The notes under the pieces were generated by a model. That model saw only the letters and a list, made by a program, of their open reading frames with translations, made no database searches and was not told the DNA's origin. From Azolla caroliniana (lineage: Eukaryota > Plantae > Polypodiophyta), in the NCBI GenBank assembly GCA_043228905.1, contig JBHGNT010000004.1, positions 22,506,001 through 22,570,000 on the forward strand: a stretch of 64,000 nt of DNA. The letters run 5' to 3'. Below, one piece after another: positions 24,601 to 34,458 of this stretch (position 1 is the stretch's first letter; each line of letters starts with the position of its first letter). The translations under genes were made by a program, and so were the position numbers.

Positions 24601-25139
24601 CGGTAACCGGATTCATGCCGGCAGAGCTCATGTTTGGGCAGAAGCCGATCATGCCAATGGAACGTACGATCTCCTCATGGGCAACCGTGGACTGGAGAGA
24701 CGAGATGAGCCGGGAGGAACTGTTGACGGCGCGCATACGGCAGCTCGAGCGAAGACCGGAGGACGTGGAGCAGGCTGCGGAAAAGCTTCGGGTGGCAAGG
24801 ACGAGGAACAAAGCCCGGTTCGACCGAACGCACCGGCTCCGACCGAAGAAGATCGAGGAAGGCGACTGGGTGCTAATCTACGACAGCAGCCTCGACAACC
24901 AGCACCGAGCGACACGGAAGTTCGCAAGAAGGTGGTTCGGGCCTTACGTGGTACAAAGCGCCAATGACAACGGGACGTACCATCTGGCGGAACTCGACGG
25001 CACGAGAATGGCGATACCGGTAGCTGGGAAGCGGGTCAAAGCGTTCAAGAAGCGTCACGACGACGAGCCGGATCCGGATAACCTGGACCGAGACGACGAA
25101 CGATCTGAAACCGAAGAAGAACCGACGGGCGGGGAATAA
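21642..25139 (+). CDS. Element C pol (RT-RNase H-integrase), open -1 frame; first ATG at 21780
   Basis: 1119-aa ORF with PFLDD (RT), VDTS...RE...TDC...ADMLSR (RH), the HHCC and D-D-E integrase motifs, and FGPY. No chromodomain. The frame is open back to 21642. Confidence 0.93.
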   Translation, partial: LERAAKAWGRDSPDTRERPHNCTIEPKPKKPCAIGRKFCFSNNGGCMIAGIVGRERARAKERLRACGVLGPDEEISGAVEAVSFDDTLGMLRKVAGEDLNEDQTIPVCSEEMYGVIADFSQGLGSDRTARVSTKYKTVDRKVRPVAAPLPEGSKSRIRGVASDPSLRDPAYIGHTFTDGTLRELKISGGGFLLPAQEDRFRRMLGRHGKAFAFSPEEIGCLDPMIVEPMVIFTVPHVPWNLKPIPVPRAHIPELMELLRHKVDMGILEPSSAPYSNRWFTVPKKNGTLRFIQDLQPVNRVTIRNAGIGPTIDEFAEAFAGRSIYSVGDLYSGYDQFQLAVESRDITTMRTPLSLLRMCTLPQGGTNSVAHMVNAMNKVLRDCISDITMPFLDDIPIKGCPMEEKNETVGPDGCRRFVATHIDDCEKVLQRLEDARLTFSGEKSAFGQSEILVVGHLCGPYGRKPSPTKVEAISAMKTDYSSVTEVRRFLGACAFYHIWIPHYAHVAEPLYGLLKKGRKFEWRDEHTESVRKLKEALAAAPALWKAVYEKGTPVYITVDTSPTGVGWVVNQEDRDGIRFLIRFGTKVLSERQRGYAQVKRELWGIVSAVKADKDYLIGTEVIIKTDCLPILGMVSGCATPNLAMLRWIEYIKSLDPEIRHISRKDNAMADMLSRARFDDEGNMVSEDEEVGVDFFEAAYVTTDGTSTPALNDFDESKYDGEWLQIGGFLRTMTPDASWTRDEANRIRKKAYRFFLRDGYLWKHPKKRNDVPLWVVAMKEEQEELLTAYHDSPWAGHRGTWATFEKIKGKYWWSELYRDVHRFVTTCESCQMHSVVRHQDELHPTYPPTIHFKWMVDLVTMPMGVGQMRYLVLAREDLTNQVEGRALQNKTTAAICRFLIEDVICRYGCVGKIVADRGELDAEEAEELFDRLGVKLSLTTAYNPEANGKVERGHGPIVKALVRACEGQVGNWPRLLPYALWADRTTHSSVTGFMPAELMFGQKPIMPMERTISSWATVDWRDEMSREELLTARIRQLERRPEDVEQAAEKLRVARTRNKARFDRTHRLRPKKIEEGDWVLIYDSSLDNQHRATRKFARRWFGPYVVQSANDNGTYHLAELDGTRMAIPVAGKRVKAFKKRHDDEPDPDNLDRDDERSETEEEPTGGE

Positions 25140-26240
25140 AGGCTGGACCGGTTTTCTCTGGCTCAACTCAATTTGGCGCATGCCGGTGGATGCGCGGTTA
25201 GGTGGGGGCGGATGTCGTGAAGAAAATCGTCCACAAGCGGAATCGGTGCACCGGAGCGTAGGAACCGGCTCTTCATGCACGTGCGCCTTACGTTGTACAT
25301 AGGAGATCCTAGGCAGGTAGATTCGATAGGTAAGAAGTAAAGGGGAAACGGCTCCTTCCTGGCCTATAAAAGGAGGGAGATGAGGAGGAGGAAGGGATCG
25401 CGGAGAGTCGAGGACGAAGTGTTGTCGGTTTGTGGGCGAAGGCTTCTCTCTCTCTCTGGCTCGCAAACTCCGTGGCTGCTTTCTGTGCAGGTTTTCGGGA
25501 GGCTCGCGCTGCTCTGAGGAATGCCCGAGTGCTTCCGGCAGCACCTCCAACCTACTCTTCTCCTTCTGTGCGTTTACGAACAGGCATCGGCATCTGTTCG
25601 CCGGCCTGTTCAGTTGTAACCGACTTCGTGTTTTTGTTGTTTGTCTTTGTTAATACATACATACATTCGTGTCTTTCTGTGTCGCTGTCCCACTTGCGTC
25701 TTTGCGTCGAAGGGCCGTGTCCCTGTGGATCTACGCTCACACGTAGAGGGTCTCTTCTCCTTCCTCTCTTGCTCTTCGGTACAGGACCCCAGAGGTCCCG
25801 CCTCATTCCACGCATCCGCGAGGAATACCTCAACAACGGAAGGCAGAGCTCTCTCTCTTCGTCTCGAATTGTCGCTCTCTACGGGTGTCGGGAGGTCGTT
25901 GCCTCTGCTTCGTGGACAGCCCGTGTGCTTCCAGTAGGGTCGCTCCCTTTGCCCCCTCCTGTTTCTTTGAGTCGTGTGATTGTCGTCGGTGTGCGTGAGT
26001 AGGGTCCCCATGTCGGGTCCATCGCTGCTTTGTCAGTTGTAACTGTCGGAGTTTGTAATCTATTGCCATAATAATTAACCGTTACATTCTATATCTCTCT
26101 TTCTCGCTTCTACGTGTCGGTGAATCTCTCTCTCTCTCTCGCTCCTCGGTCCAAGACCCCCGTGGTCCCGCCCCTTTCTACACGAACGCGCGTAACAACG
26201 CGACAACGTACCAGAGGACGTGGGGTTTGGTGGGGGTGGA

Positions 26241-27278
26241 TGTCGTAAAGATTTTCGCCAACGGTGTGAAAATTGCATGGAATGTACAAAATCGAGTGTG
26301 ATTCTTCACACACAATATGGAATAATAATAATGAAGATATTATATTATATCTTGGTACGAAAAGATTGATGTCTTCAAGAGCTTCCAAATGCATTTTACT
26401 ACATGTGAAATGGACAAATGAGTGTCGAGTTATGTGAGTGTAAAGTTTGAGAAGAAGAAGAGAAAAACAAAATTGTGAGATATCCCACATAGATAGGACA
26501 AGTTAGGCTCCCACAGTATATAACTAGAGCCAGAAGTTATTACTTTTTGTCTATGTGTGGAGCACAGAATGTTCTTGGAGTAAATTGTGGCTTAACTACT
26601 CGTAATGGTTTTGGCAGAGCCGAATCCGAAATCGGAACGGACGAACCGGATCACCGGGTCGGAAGCGGACCAGATAGACGGATCGATCGTATAGGTTGAT
26701 CGCGATGATTTCGGTGTGAAATGAACAAAATCATCTAAACTAAAAAACCTATTAGAAATTTGTAATCAAAGGGATGCAAGCAAGACTTGAACCTTGCACC
26801 TCCAAGATAGGAGGCAATGAACTTACCACTAAGCCAAGACATTTCTTTAGAAATGTTTTTACTATCATGTTAGAGCTTGATTGAGTGACATGGTTATCAT
26901 GCATCACATGTAATGCATGAGCGCCAAATGGCAAACCTCACATGCATCATATGCATGGGGGCATCTATAAAAGAGTGGATGAAAAAGATCAAAGGGAGCT
27001 ATGTATGAATTATGAAATTAAGAGAAGAAAATTCGTTATCTAATTGATGATATATCTTGTTCTTCAAATCTAAAATCAAGAGTTCAATCTTAATCTCTCT
27101 TTCCATTTCAATCGTTCTCAATTTGTTTCAAATTTGGAATCTTAATCTCAATCTCTCTCTCTCTCAATCCATCTAAAATCATTTCTTGTTAAAGCTAGTG
27201 CAAACTTCGAGTCATTCTGACCCAGAACATCGGCGGTTCCGCCTCACGATCCGCGCGTAGTGAACGATCTTCACGACA
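26241..27278 (+). repeat. Gypsy 3' LTR of block A (1038 bp)
   Basis: Directly follows the PPT; TGTCGTA...CACGACA termini; colinear with the reverse complement of 13510-14675. Confidence 0.88.
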
Positions 27279-28894
27279 CTGATGTTGCTTGCCAAATTGG
27301 CAAGCTACACATACACCTTCAATCTCTTTCTCTTTGAAGGTCGGGAGTCCGATGACAACTCCTTTTGATTGCATTGCCTTGAGCTTTTGGAGGTTGATGT
27401 GGCCAATCCGGTTGTGCCACAACTCTATGTCGGTGTCAACTTTGGTGCCTTTTTCATCTTGTACGAGTTGAGAATGAACATTCGGCCCTCTCTTCGTCCA
27501 CGAGTGACGAGTAGACCTTCTTTCCCAATGAAGCAATCGCCTTGATTAAATCGAATTTGCATCCCTTGGTTAACAATTTGGCCAACGGAGACCAAATTCT
27601 TAGTAATGGTTGGTACATGCAAGACATTCTTAATGTAAGTTTGGTTACCTTCTTTTTCGAATGGAACATTGCCGATGTGTCGAAACAGATGAGTAGTGTC
27701 GTCTCCAGTTTCAACATAGTCGGGTCGGTCTAGCTCTCGAAGTTCTCAGGACCATTCTTGATGAGGCGTCATATGGTTCGAGGCACCGGAGTCGACGAAC
27801 CATACGTCTTCCAAACTAGAGGCACTATTCAAAGTAGAAGCCAACATAGAATTTGCTCTATGTCTCATCACGAACATTCCACCATGATCGTCATAGTCAG
27901 AGTTGGTGGCGTAATTGGTAAGTTGTCAGCTTGTGGAAGCCGACTCACGCTTCTTCTTTTGGCACTCTTCTTCGTGCTAGCCGATTTTGCCGCAATATCC
28001 ATATTTGATCGAGGTTTGTCAGCTCGGACCGGAATGGTGGCTCCCCCTTATTCTGAACATTCATCGATTGTTTCCATTTTCTTACCGAAATTGCAAGTTG
28101 TTTTCATAAATCGGGCCTCATCTGCCTTGTCCTTGGCCGAATCAGCCTCTTCTTGCACGACCGCATCCTCTTCCTCTGTTTGAGTGTGAGTAAAGCATGT
28201 GGCCTTCGGAGGCGTTGCTCCTTGTTCGAACATGGTTTTCTTCGACCAACAACATGGATTGAAGATTGAAGAAAGAGGGAGGATTCTCTCATGCTAGTAT
28301 GATGATCCTCATCGCGCCGAACTATGGTGCAAGGTCGCCGAGGCATATTTGCACCATCTCATCATCCTCCACATTGACGTTTATCGAGCCAAGCGAATCA
28401 CAAAGCTCCTTGATCTTCAAGGTGTAGCATGTGATGGACATATGTCTTTGTTGGATATTGTTCAACTCTTGGCGGAGTTGAAGCTTTCTTGCGGTTGTGT
28501 TGGCCGCGAAAATCTTCCGTAGATTCCCCCATGCTTCTTTCAACATCTCGGCTGCTCGAATGTAGCCGAGCATGTGGTCATGAACACATGTCGCCAAGCA
28601 ATACATCACTCAGCTTGCCGCTTGCTCCCATGTTGAGTAATCAGCGTCTTTTGGGTCAGGTCGATTTTCTTGTGCTCCTTTGATGTAGCTCCAATATCCT
28701 TGACTGACAAGGTATTGGTGCATCTTGTACTCCCAAGATGCAAAGTTGTTCCTATCTAGCTTCTCGTTAGGGATAGCGCTCCCCATTTGAGTATTCATTG
28801 TCGATGAAGATTTATTTCTTCTTTTCTTTTCCTTCTCTCTCGAACACGAGCTATGTAGTCGCACTACGATAATGATGAGTTGGTTCTTCTTGAA

Positions 28895-29269
28895 TGTTGG
28901 CGTAGAGCACAACACACAGTCAGAATGAGGCAAGTGGGCTAGATTGATGTTATGGGCATGACCATATAATATCGTGTGGTGAGAATGTACCGTAGTATTC
29001 TATACATGTGTATAGAATACTATATTAGTCAACAATCACTCTCTTGGGGAATGTGAAGAGTCAAGACCCATTAGTCATGAGGAATATGAAACTCATTAGT
29101 TATGTGTCATAGAATATGATTCGATGACACATAGTTCACGTGTAGAGAGTAGTGGTGTGACTTTTGACCTTTGAGTGCTCATAGATTCTCAAAGGGTGTT
29201 GTCACGGACTGGTAATGTCTATGAAAGGTGTGTTCACGCACAATGTTAGGTTGAGCTTGATTCTCAACA
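28895..29269 (-). repeat. Probable 5' LTR of the outer copia element
   Basis: Minus-strand termini TGTTGAGAAT...ACGCCAACA just upstream of gag. No partner LTR or recognisable PBS, so the inner boundary is uncertain. Confidence 0.5.
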
Positions 29270-30675
29270 AGACCAAATGATCTATAGTTAGATATTTGCA
29301 ATCATCGCTTTCCTTCATTCTAGATTTGCCTCTAGGCGACTTCTATTTTGTGCTATTTGGATCCGTGAATTCAATTGAATCTTTAAGAGGAATGGATAGC
29401 ATATAATCTAGTAGCACAGTGAGTATTCCATATCCCTCCATTCCACAGCCCTAAGACACTCCATTTTGTTTAGTCAAGTTTCCCTCCTTAAGAGCACTCT
29501 CTTAGTATTCTTTAAGCATCCATTGACATTCTTCTAATTGATCAATTTTTGCCTCTTTAGGGCTTCTTGCAAGACTATTTCCTACTCAAACACCAATCTT
29601 CAATATTGAAAAGTTGTCTTTGTATTGCCACCCACATCACGTATTTTTTTGTGCTCATGTTTAGCTATATTAGTTTCACATTGGGACTATTTTCATTATC
29701 TTCCAACGTCCATAGAGACCTTCATATGTGTCTCTCCTCTTCATAATCATAACACATTAGATATAGATTCCTTGGTAGGCTTATTTGAATCATCGTCCAC
29801 CTACTCCAACATGGGTCTCTGCCAACTAGAGCACATTCCACATGTGTTAATAAAGGCAGGCTTCGTATGGTCACATATTGCACCCACATGTATCCATCAA
29901 TGTGATTACTCGTGGCATATTGAACACTATCTTTGGTTCATTGTAGAAAGTTGTTTGTGGAATGTTTGATTGGACAGTCATTTGGTGCATGACATCAGGC
30001 TTTGGAATCACATTTCCTCCATAAGGGAGAATGTGTATTACCTTCACATGGACATCCTCGGTTGGCGAGGCGCCACGATATTTTGTTTCTCTTCGGACAT
30101 CAGAAAGGGGGAGAGGGAATGAGTGAGTCGAAGGACATCGAGACCATGTAGAAACATTAAAGGTGAAGTTAAAAGGCCCAAAGGGGTTATTAGGTTTAGA
30201 AGACCTTGTGTGTGTGGGGTGTGTGTGTGTGTGTGTGTGTATGTGTGGAGGGAGAGGCCTTCTATGTAACAATGGGTAGCAATGGGCGCGATTCGGTTTC
30301 AGTTTAGTTCAGTTTCAAGGCAAAGAAACCAAACCAAACCAAACCATTTATGAACTCTCAGTATTTAAACTAAACCATTTAAAACCAAACCGTTTAGGGA
30401 AAAGTTAAAACCAAACCTAATCATTTAATAAAAAATTTAAACCTAACCACTTAAATCAAACTAATTAAACATCTAAATAAACAAAAATACATTAAATTAA
30501 ATAAGCATTTAAGTTAAATTTATTAAATCAATAAAAAACCATTAATTAAACCATTAAATGAATAAACTATTAAGGTAAAAAAGAAAAGGAATGCGCAATT
30601 TGCCCCCCCATTTTGGCTATTTGCCCCCCTTAAAAAATAAAAATAAAACTTTTTGGCTATTTTGGCCCCCCTATT

Positions 30676-32527
30676 TTGGCTATTTTGGCTCAGAATATCA
30701 TCGTTGTGGTGGATAAGCATAGCGACAATAGAAAAGTCACTTTCAAGTGCTACTATGGGGGAAAATATCGCAACCCTCTAGGCTTGACTGACGATACTCG
30801 CAAAAGACAAACAGGGACTCGTCTAATGGACTGCCCATTCTTCGTTAGAGCAAACTTCTTGAAGAAAATGGGACAGTGGACTATTAAAAAGGCAACCATT
30901 GTACACAATCATCCTATTTATGACAATCTCGGTGGTATATCAACGGCTCGTAGACTAACTAATAGAAAAAGCCATTGTTCGAGACATGGCAAATGCTAGA
31001 ACTGATGCGGCTTCAACTTTGGCCTACTTGAGAGAAAAAACCAGAAATCAATGGACCACCAGGAAAGAAATCTACAACGAAAAAGTGGTTGCAAGAGCCG
31101 AGTTTCTTGACGGGCGCTCGCCAATTCAAGTGTTGTACGATAAGATCTCCACTGGCGACTTTATCTTCAATTCCAAGGTGAACTCGAATGGCTCAATCAA
31201 TGGCCTTTTCTTTTGTCATCAAAAGTCGGCAAATCTTGCCAGACGGTTCAATGTGGTATTTGTCATGGATTGCACCTTCAAAACGAATAGATTTGGCATG
31301 TCGTTGCTCAACATCGTTGGAATTACGGCCACAAATAGTACGTTCAATGTTGGATTTGCATTCATATGCAACGAGACGGAACCCATGTATGTTTGGGCAT
31401 TGCAATCATTCAAATTTGTGACAAAGCCATCAGTAGTTGTAACTGATCGAGAACTTGCCTTGATGACTGCAATTGCTATCGTGTTCCCTTTTACAAAGAA
31501 TTTGCTTTGCATTTGGCATGTCAACAAAAACATTATGGCCTATGCAACGACGAAGTTTGCAAGCACCGACAACACAAACGCCTATATGGACGACTGGAAC
31601 CAGCTTCTATACTCTTCCAACGAGCTAGATTTTGAGGCAAACTGGGCCACGTTTCAAATGAAATGGCGACCAAGTCATGATGCGCTGGTGCAGTATGTAT
31701 ACAAGACTTGGCTGATTCACAAAGACAAGATTGTACGTTATTGGATTGGTCGCTTCCCTCACTTTGGAATGACCAGCACCTCTCGCAGTGAAGGCAACCA
31801 TTATGTCGTCAAGAGGGTTTTAGGCATTGTAAATAACGATCTGCTCACTGTATTCAAGAAAATTCGTTTACTACTGGACACACAACTAACAGAATTGAAC
31901 ACCAAAATGGAGTTTGACAAGTCTACACAGGCACATCGACATGCACTCGAGTTCATGAGGCCGCTAGTAAAGAAGATATCCAAACACGCATTAGACAAGT
32001 TACTGGAGCAGTACAAGAAAGTTATTCACAACGATTATGGTGATGAATGTATGGGGTTGTTTCGATCAAGTTTTGGTGTCCCATGTTGTCATGACATTTT
32101 GAGATGCATCCAAAGAAATCAAAGATTCCATATTGAAGATATTCACTGTCAATGGCACTTGATTGCGTGTTCAGTGGTTCAACACGTCGCTATAGTTTAG
32201 CCATGTTTGTCTCCCAGAAGGCGTTTGATGAGGAAAATCGAGCAAAGATTGTATGAAACTGACGATGACCAGGTTGTTGTTCTCATGACACGATTGGATG
32301 AAGCAAGTCAGGCACCACTGCAGTCTCTCTCCAATCCAATGGTGGTGACTAGGAAGCGAGGTCACCCTGCAGGGTCGAAGAACAAAAAGGCCAACCAAAG
32401 GGAGAAGTCACTATTTGAGTACTCTACCGGTCGCAAATGTTCCAAATGTGGTCAAGCTGGTCACAATGCACGCACTTGTGATATGCATTTGCCCCCCCAT
32501 TTTGGCTATTTGCCCCTGCAGTACTAA
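30676..32527 (+). pseudogene. MULE transposase (FAR1-like N-terminus, DDE core, C-terminal zinc knuckle); frameshift near 30990 and stop at 32198
   Basis: CYYGG...DCPF...HNH; MDCTFKTNRF; VVTDRELAL; LCIWHVNKN; SRSEGNH; GVPCCH; CSKCGQAGHNARTC. Confidence 0.88.
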
Positions 32528-33547
32528 GAATGTTATTGACAATGATTCCTTTTTATGTAATAGTTGATAAACCTTTTTATGAGGTTGTAAAGTGTAATAG
32601 TTGATATATATCACAAATTTGTTTTGGCTGAGGTGAGAACTATCACAATTTTTATTTTATTTTTGTAATACAAAGAAGGTTGTATTTGACTTCCATTAAT
32701 ATAACTCATTTTAGCTATTTGGTACTTCACAACAACAACCAAATCACTTGACAAGTCACTGGTTTAATCTCTTTTGCATCCTCTGGCTGGAAGAGGAATA
32801 CGGTTTTAACAAAGGACCTCTTACTTAACTATGCCCTATCATTCGTTGGGGGGAATAAGCTTGTTGGAAATTCTAGTCTACGACTGCCTTTGTCTTAGAC
32901 AAGCAGATTTGTTCCAACAAGGTATTGTTTTAAGTGTTATTGGGAAATAAGATATAAGCATTCTCACTTTACTTCGTAGGTGACTCATAAGTTGTATCTT
33001 TAGAGAAGTTTCAGGTTACAATGCTTTGTTTGATCCATGGACATAGCTAGACCTATTTAAGTTGCTTGTTTCCTATTTCCACCACCAGACATAAGAGACA
33101 ACTAACATACAGTGAATATTGCTAAACAAAACAGAAATATACGTGACAAAAGATGGTAAATGATGAACATGTTATCAGATGACACAGAAGACAATGAATT
33201 GGCATTAGCATACTATTAACACCACATTATTGTAAGGGGAGAATTAGAATATGGTTTACAGTAAGAGATTCATGTGAAACACAAGCCATCATGTTTGAGA
33301 TATTATAGATCCCTAGAAAATCATTCAACCAATGGAGACCTTAAGATGGCCACAAAATGAGATATTCAAGATCGATCAAAACATCATTTCTTTGATTTCG
33401 ATGCATATGAAACAATTAACTATGAGAAAAGTTTGTTATCTTTTCTTTACCCAAGAATGGTTTTCATTTCAAATTCCGTAACAAGAAAATCAGATGATTT
33501 TATAGGATAAAAGTCCAGTAGAAATCATCAAAGAGTGACATGGATCC

Positions 33548-33847
33548 TCAGTTAGGTATAACGAGTGTCTCTCCTGCATAGATGGTATCACCATCGATTC
33601 CATTGGCCACTCTCAGAGCGTCCACGGAAACCTACAGTTCAGAAGAAGGAAAGGCATCGTTTTAACTCTTCATCATCAAAGATAGCGCGCCAAGGAGAAG
33701 GAAAACGAAGAATAAATGTAAAAGAAAAAGGAATCCACAGAATTGATTGGAAACTTGAGGAAGAAGAAGAAGAAGAAGAAGAAAGAGAAAGAAGGGAGAG
33801 GAACTTACGCCATATCTCTGAGAGATATTGAAGAGAGTGTCCCCTTT
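33548..33847 (-). pseudogene. Captured LysM-domain gene fragment: exons 33847-33809 and 33631-33548, 177-bp GT-AG intron
   Basis: Spliced translation KGDTLFNISQRYG|VSVDALRVANGIDGDTIYAGETLVIPN* fits the LysM consensus (GDTL..IA..YG.....L...N......I..G..L.IP). Confidence 0.85.
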
Positions 33848-34409
33848 CGTTTTTTTTTGGGGGGGGGGGGGGGTGTGGTGGTGGTTTAGCCAAAATAGCC
33901 AAAAAGTTTTTTTTATTTTTTAGGGGGGGCGAATAGCCAAAATGGGGGGCAAATAGCGCATTCCAAAAAAAATAACCAAAAACCTATAAACCTAAGTTTT
34001 AGAACCGAACATAACCAAAACCGAACTGTTTATCGAAAATCCAAACCAAACCAAACCACTAAATTTTTTGGAACCAATAAACCGTTAAACCATGGCTTAA
34101 CGGTTCGGTTCGAGCCGAACCTTAGCAATGGGCTCGGTTTCGGCTCAAACCGAACCGAACCGTGTGAAAAAGCAAGGGAAGACGGCAAAAGCTTCTACGC
34201 CGGCGGCGATGGAGGAGGGGGCTGTCCTTTTCGCCCACGACAGAAGCGCAGGAACGGATAAGGAAGGAAAACGAAGGAGACTGTTCTGTTCTTGTTCTGT
34301 TCTGTTCTGTCCAAAATAAGAAAAGGAAGAAGATTGGTTGGTGTTGGCAGAAGGTTAGCCACAGGCCCTGTTCTGAGTCAAGAGCAGGAAAACCACGCAA
34401 CTCCCTGTG

Positions 34410-34454
<45 letters not shown>

Positions 34455-34458
<4 letters not shown>

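Larger units (their letters stand above)
18071..25835 (+). mobile_element. Full-length Ty3/gypsy element C nested in the 3' LTR of B, TSD ACGG
   Basis: LTRs 18071-19476 (623 bp once the insert is removed) and 25213-25835 (623 bp). PBS 19480-19496 (tRNA-Trp), PPT ending 25212, ACGG at 18067-18070 and 25836-25839. Confidence 0.95.
10304..26205 (+). mobile_element. Full-length Ty3/gypsy element B (no chromodomain seen), TSD ACGT
   Basis: 5' LTR 10304-10943. 3' LTR 17809-18070 plus 25840-26205 (split by C). PBS 10948-10964, PPT ending 17808, ACGT at 10300-10303 and 26206-26209. Confidence 0.93.
6534..27278 (+). mobile_element. Ty3/gypsy composite block A inserted in the copia integrase zinc-finger region; TSD CCGA/CTGA
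   Basis: Termini TGTCGTG...CACGACA. Removing the block and one TSD restores copia ACQFGKQHRHPFPKE. Internal remnants: inverted RT 7281-7938, RH-INT 7939-10262, PPT GGTTTGGTGGGGGTGGA ending at 26240. Confidence 0.85.
4790..29269 (-). mobile_element. Ty1/copia LTR retrotransposon, decayed and 3'-truncated, split by the 6534-27278 insertion
   Basis: Minus-strand order: gag (KLDRNNFASWEYKMHQYL, about 28800-27900), protease (WFVDSGASNHM, about 27800), pre-integrase zinc motif (WHNRIGH...CVACQFGKQH | RHPFPKE), integrase core (IHSDVWGP, 6533-5844), RT (WIYKVKYNVDGSINRYKARLV, 5335-4790). No RNase H or 3' LTR seen. Confidence 0.9.
30588..33964 (+). mobile_element. Mutator-like DNA transposon (MULE) with about 80-bp TIRs
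   Basis: GGAATGCGCAATTTGCCCCCC...TTTTGGCTATTTTGGC at the left end and its inverse ending GCGCATTCC at 33964. A-rich flanks are compatible with a TSD of about 9 bp. Confidence 0.9.
30277..34124. mobile_element. hAT-like MITE (AAACC/AACCG-rich), split by the MULE; 8-bp flanks ACAATGGG/GCAATGGG
   Basis: Starts TAGCAATGGG. Both halves match the reverse complement of 41792-42412. The right TIR is partly deleted. Confidence 0.7.

Noticed and set aside
28860-28950. PBS of the outer copia element
   Set aside because: No convincing match to tRNA-iMet (3' end or half-molecule) or to another tRNA I can recognise.
29270-30200. Possible decayed coding or TE sequence
   Set aside because: No recognisable motif in any frame.
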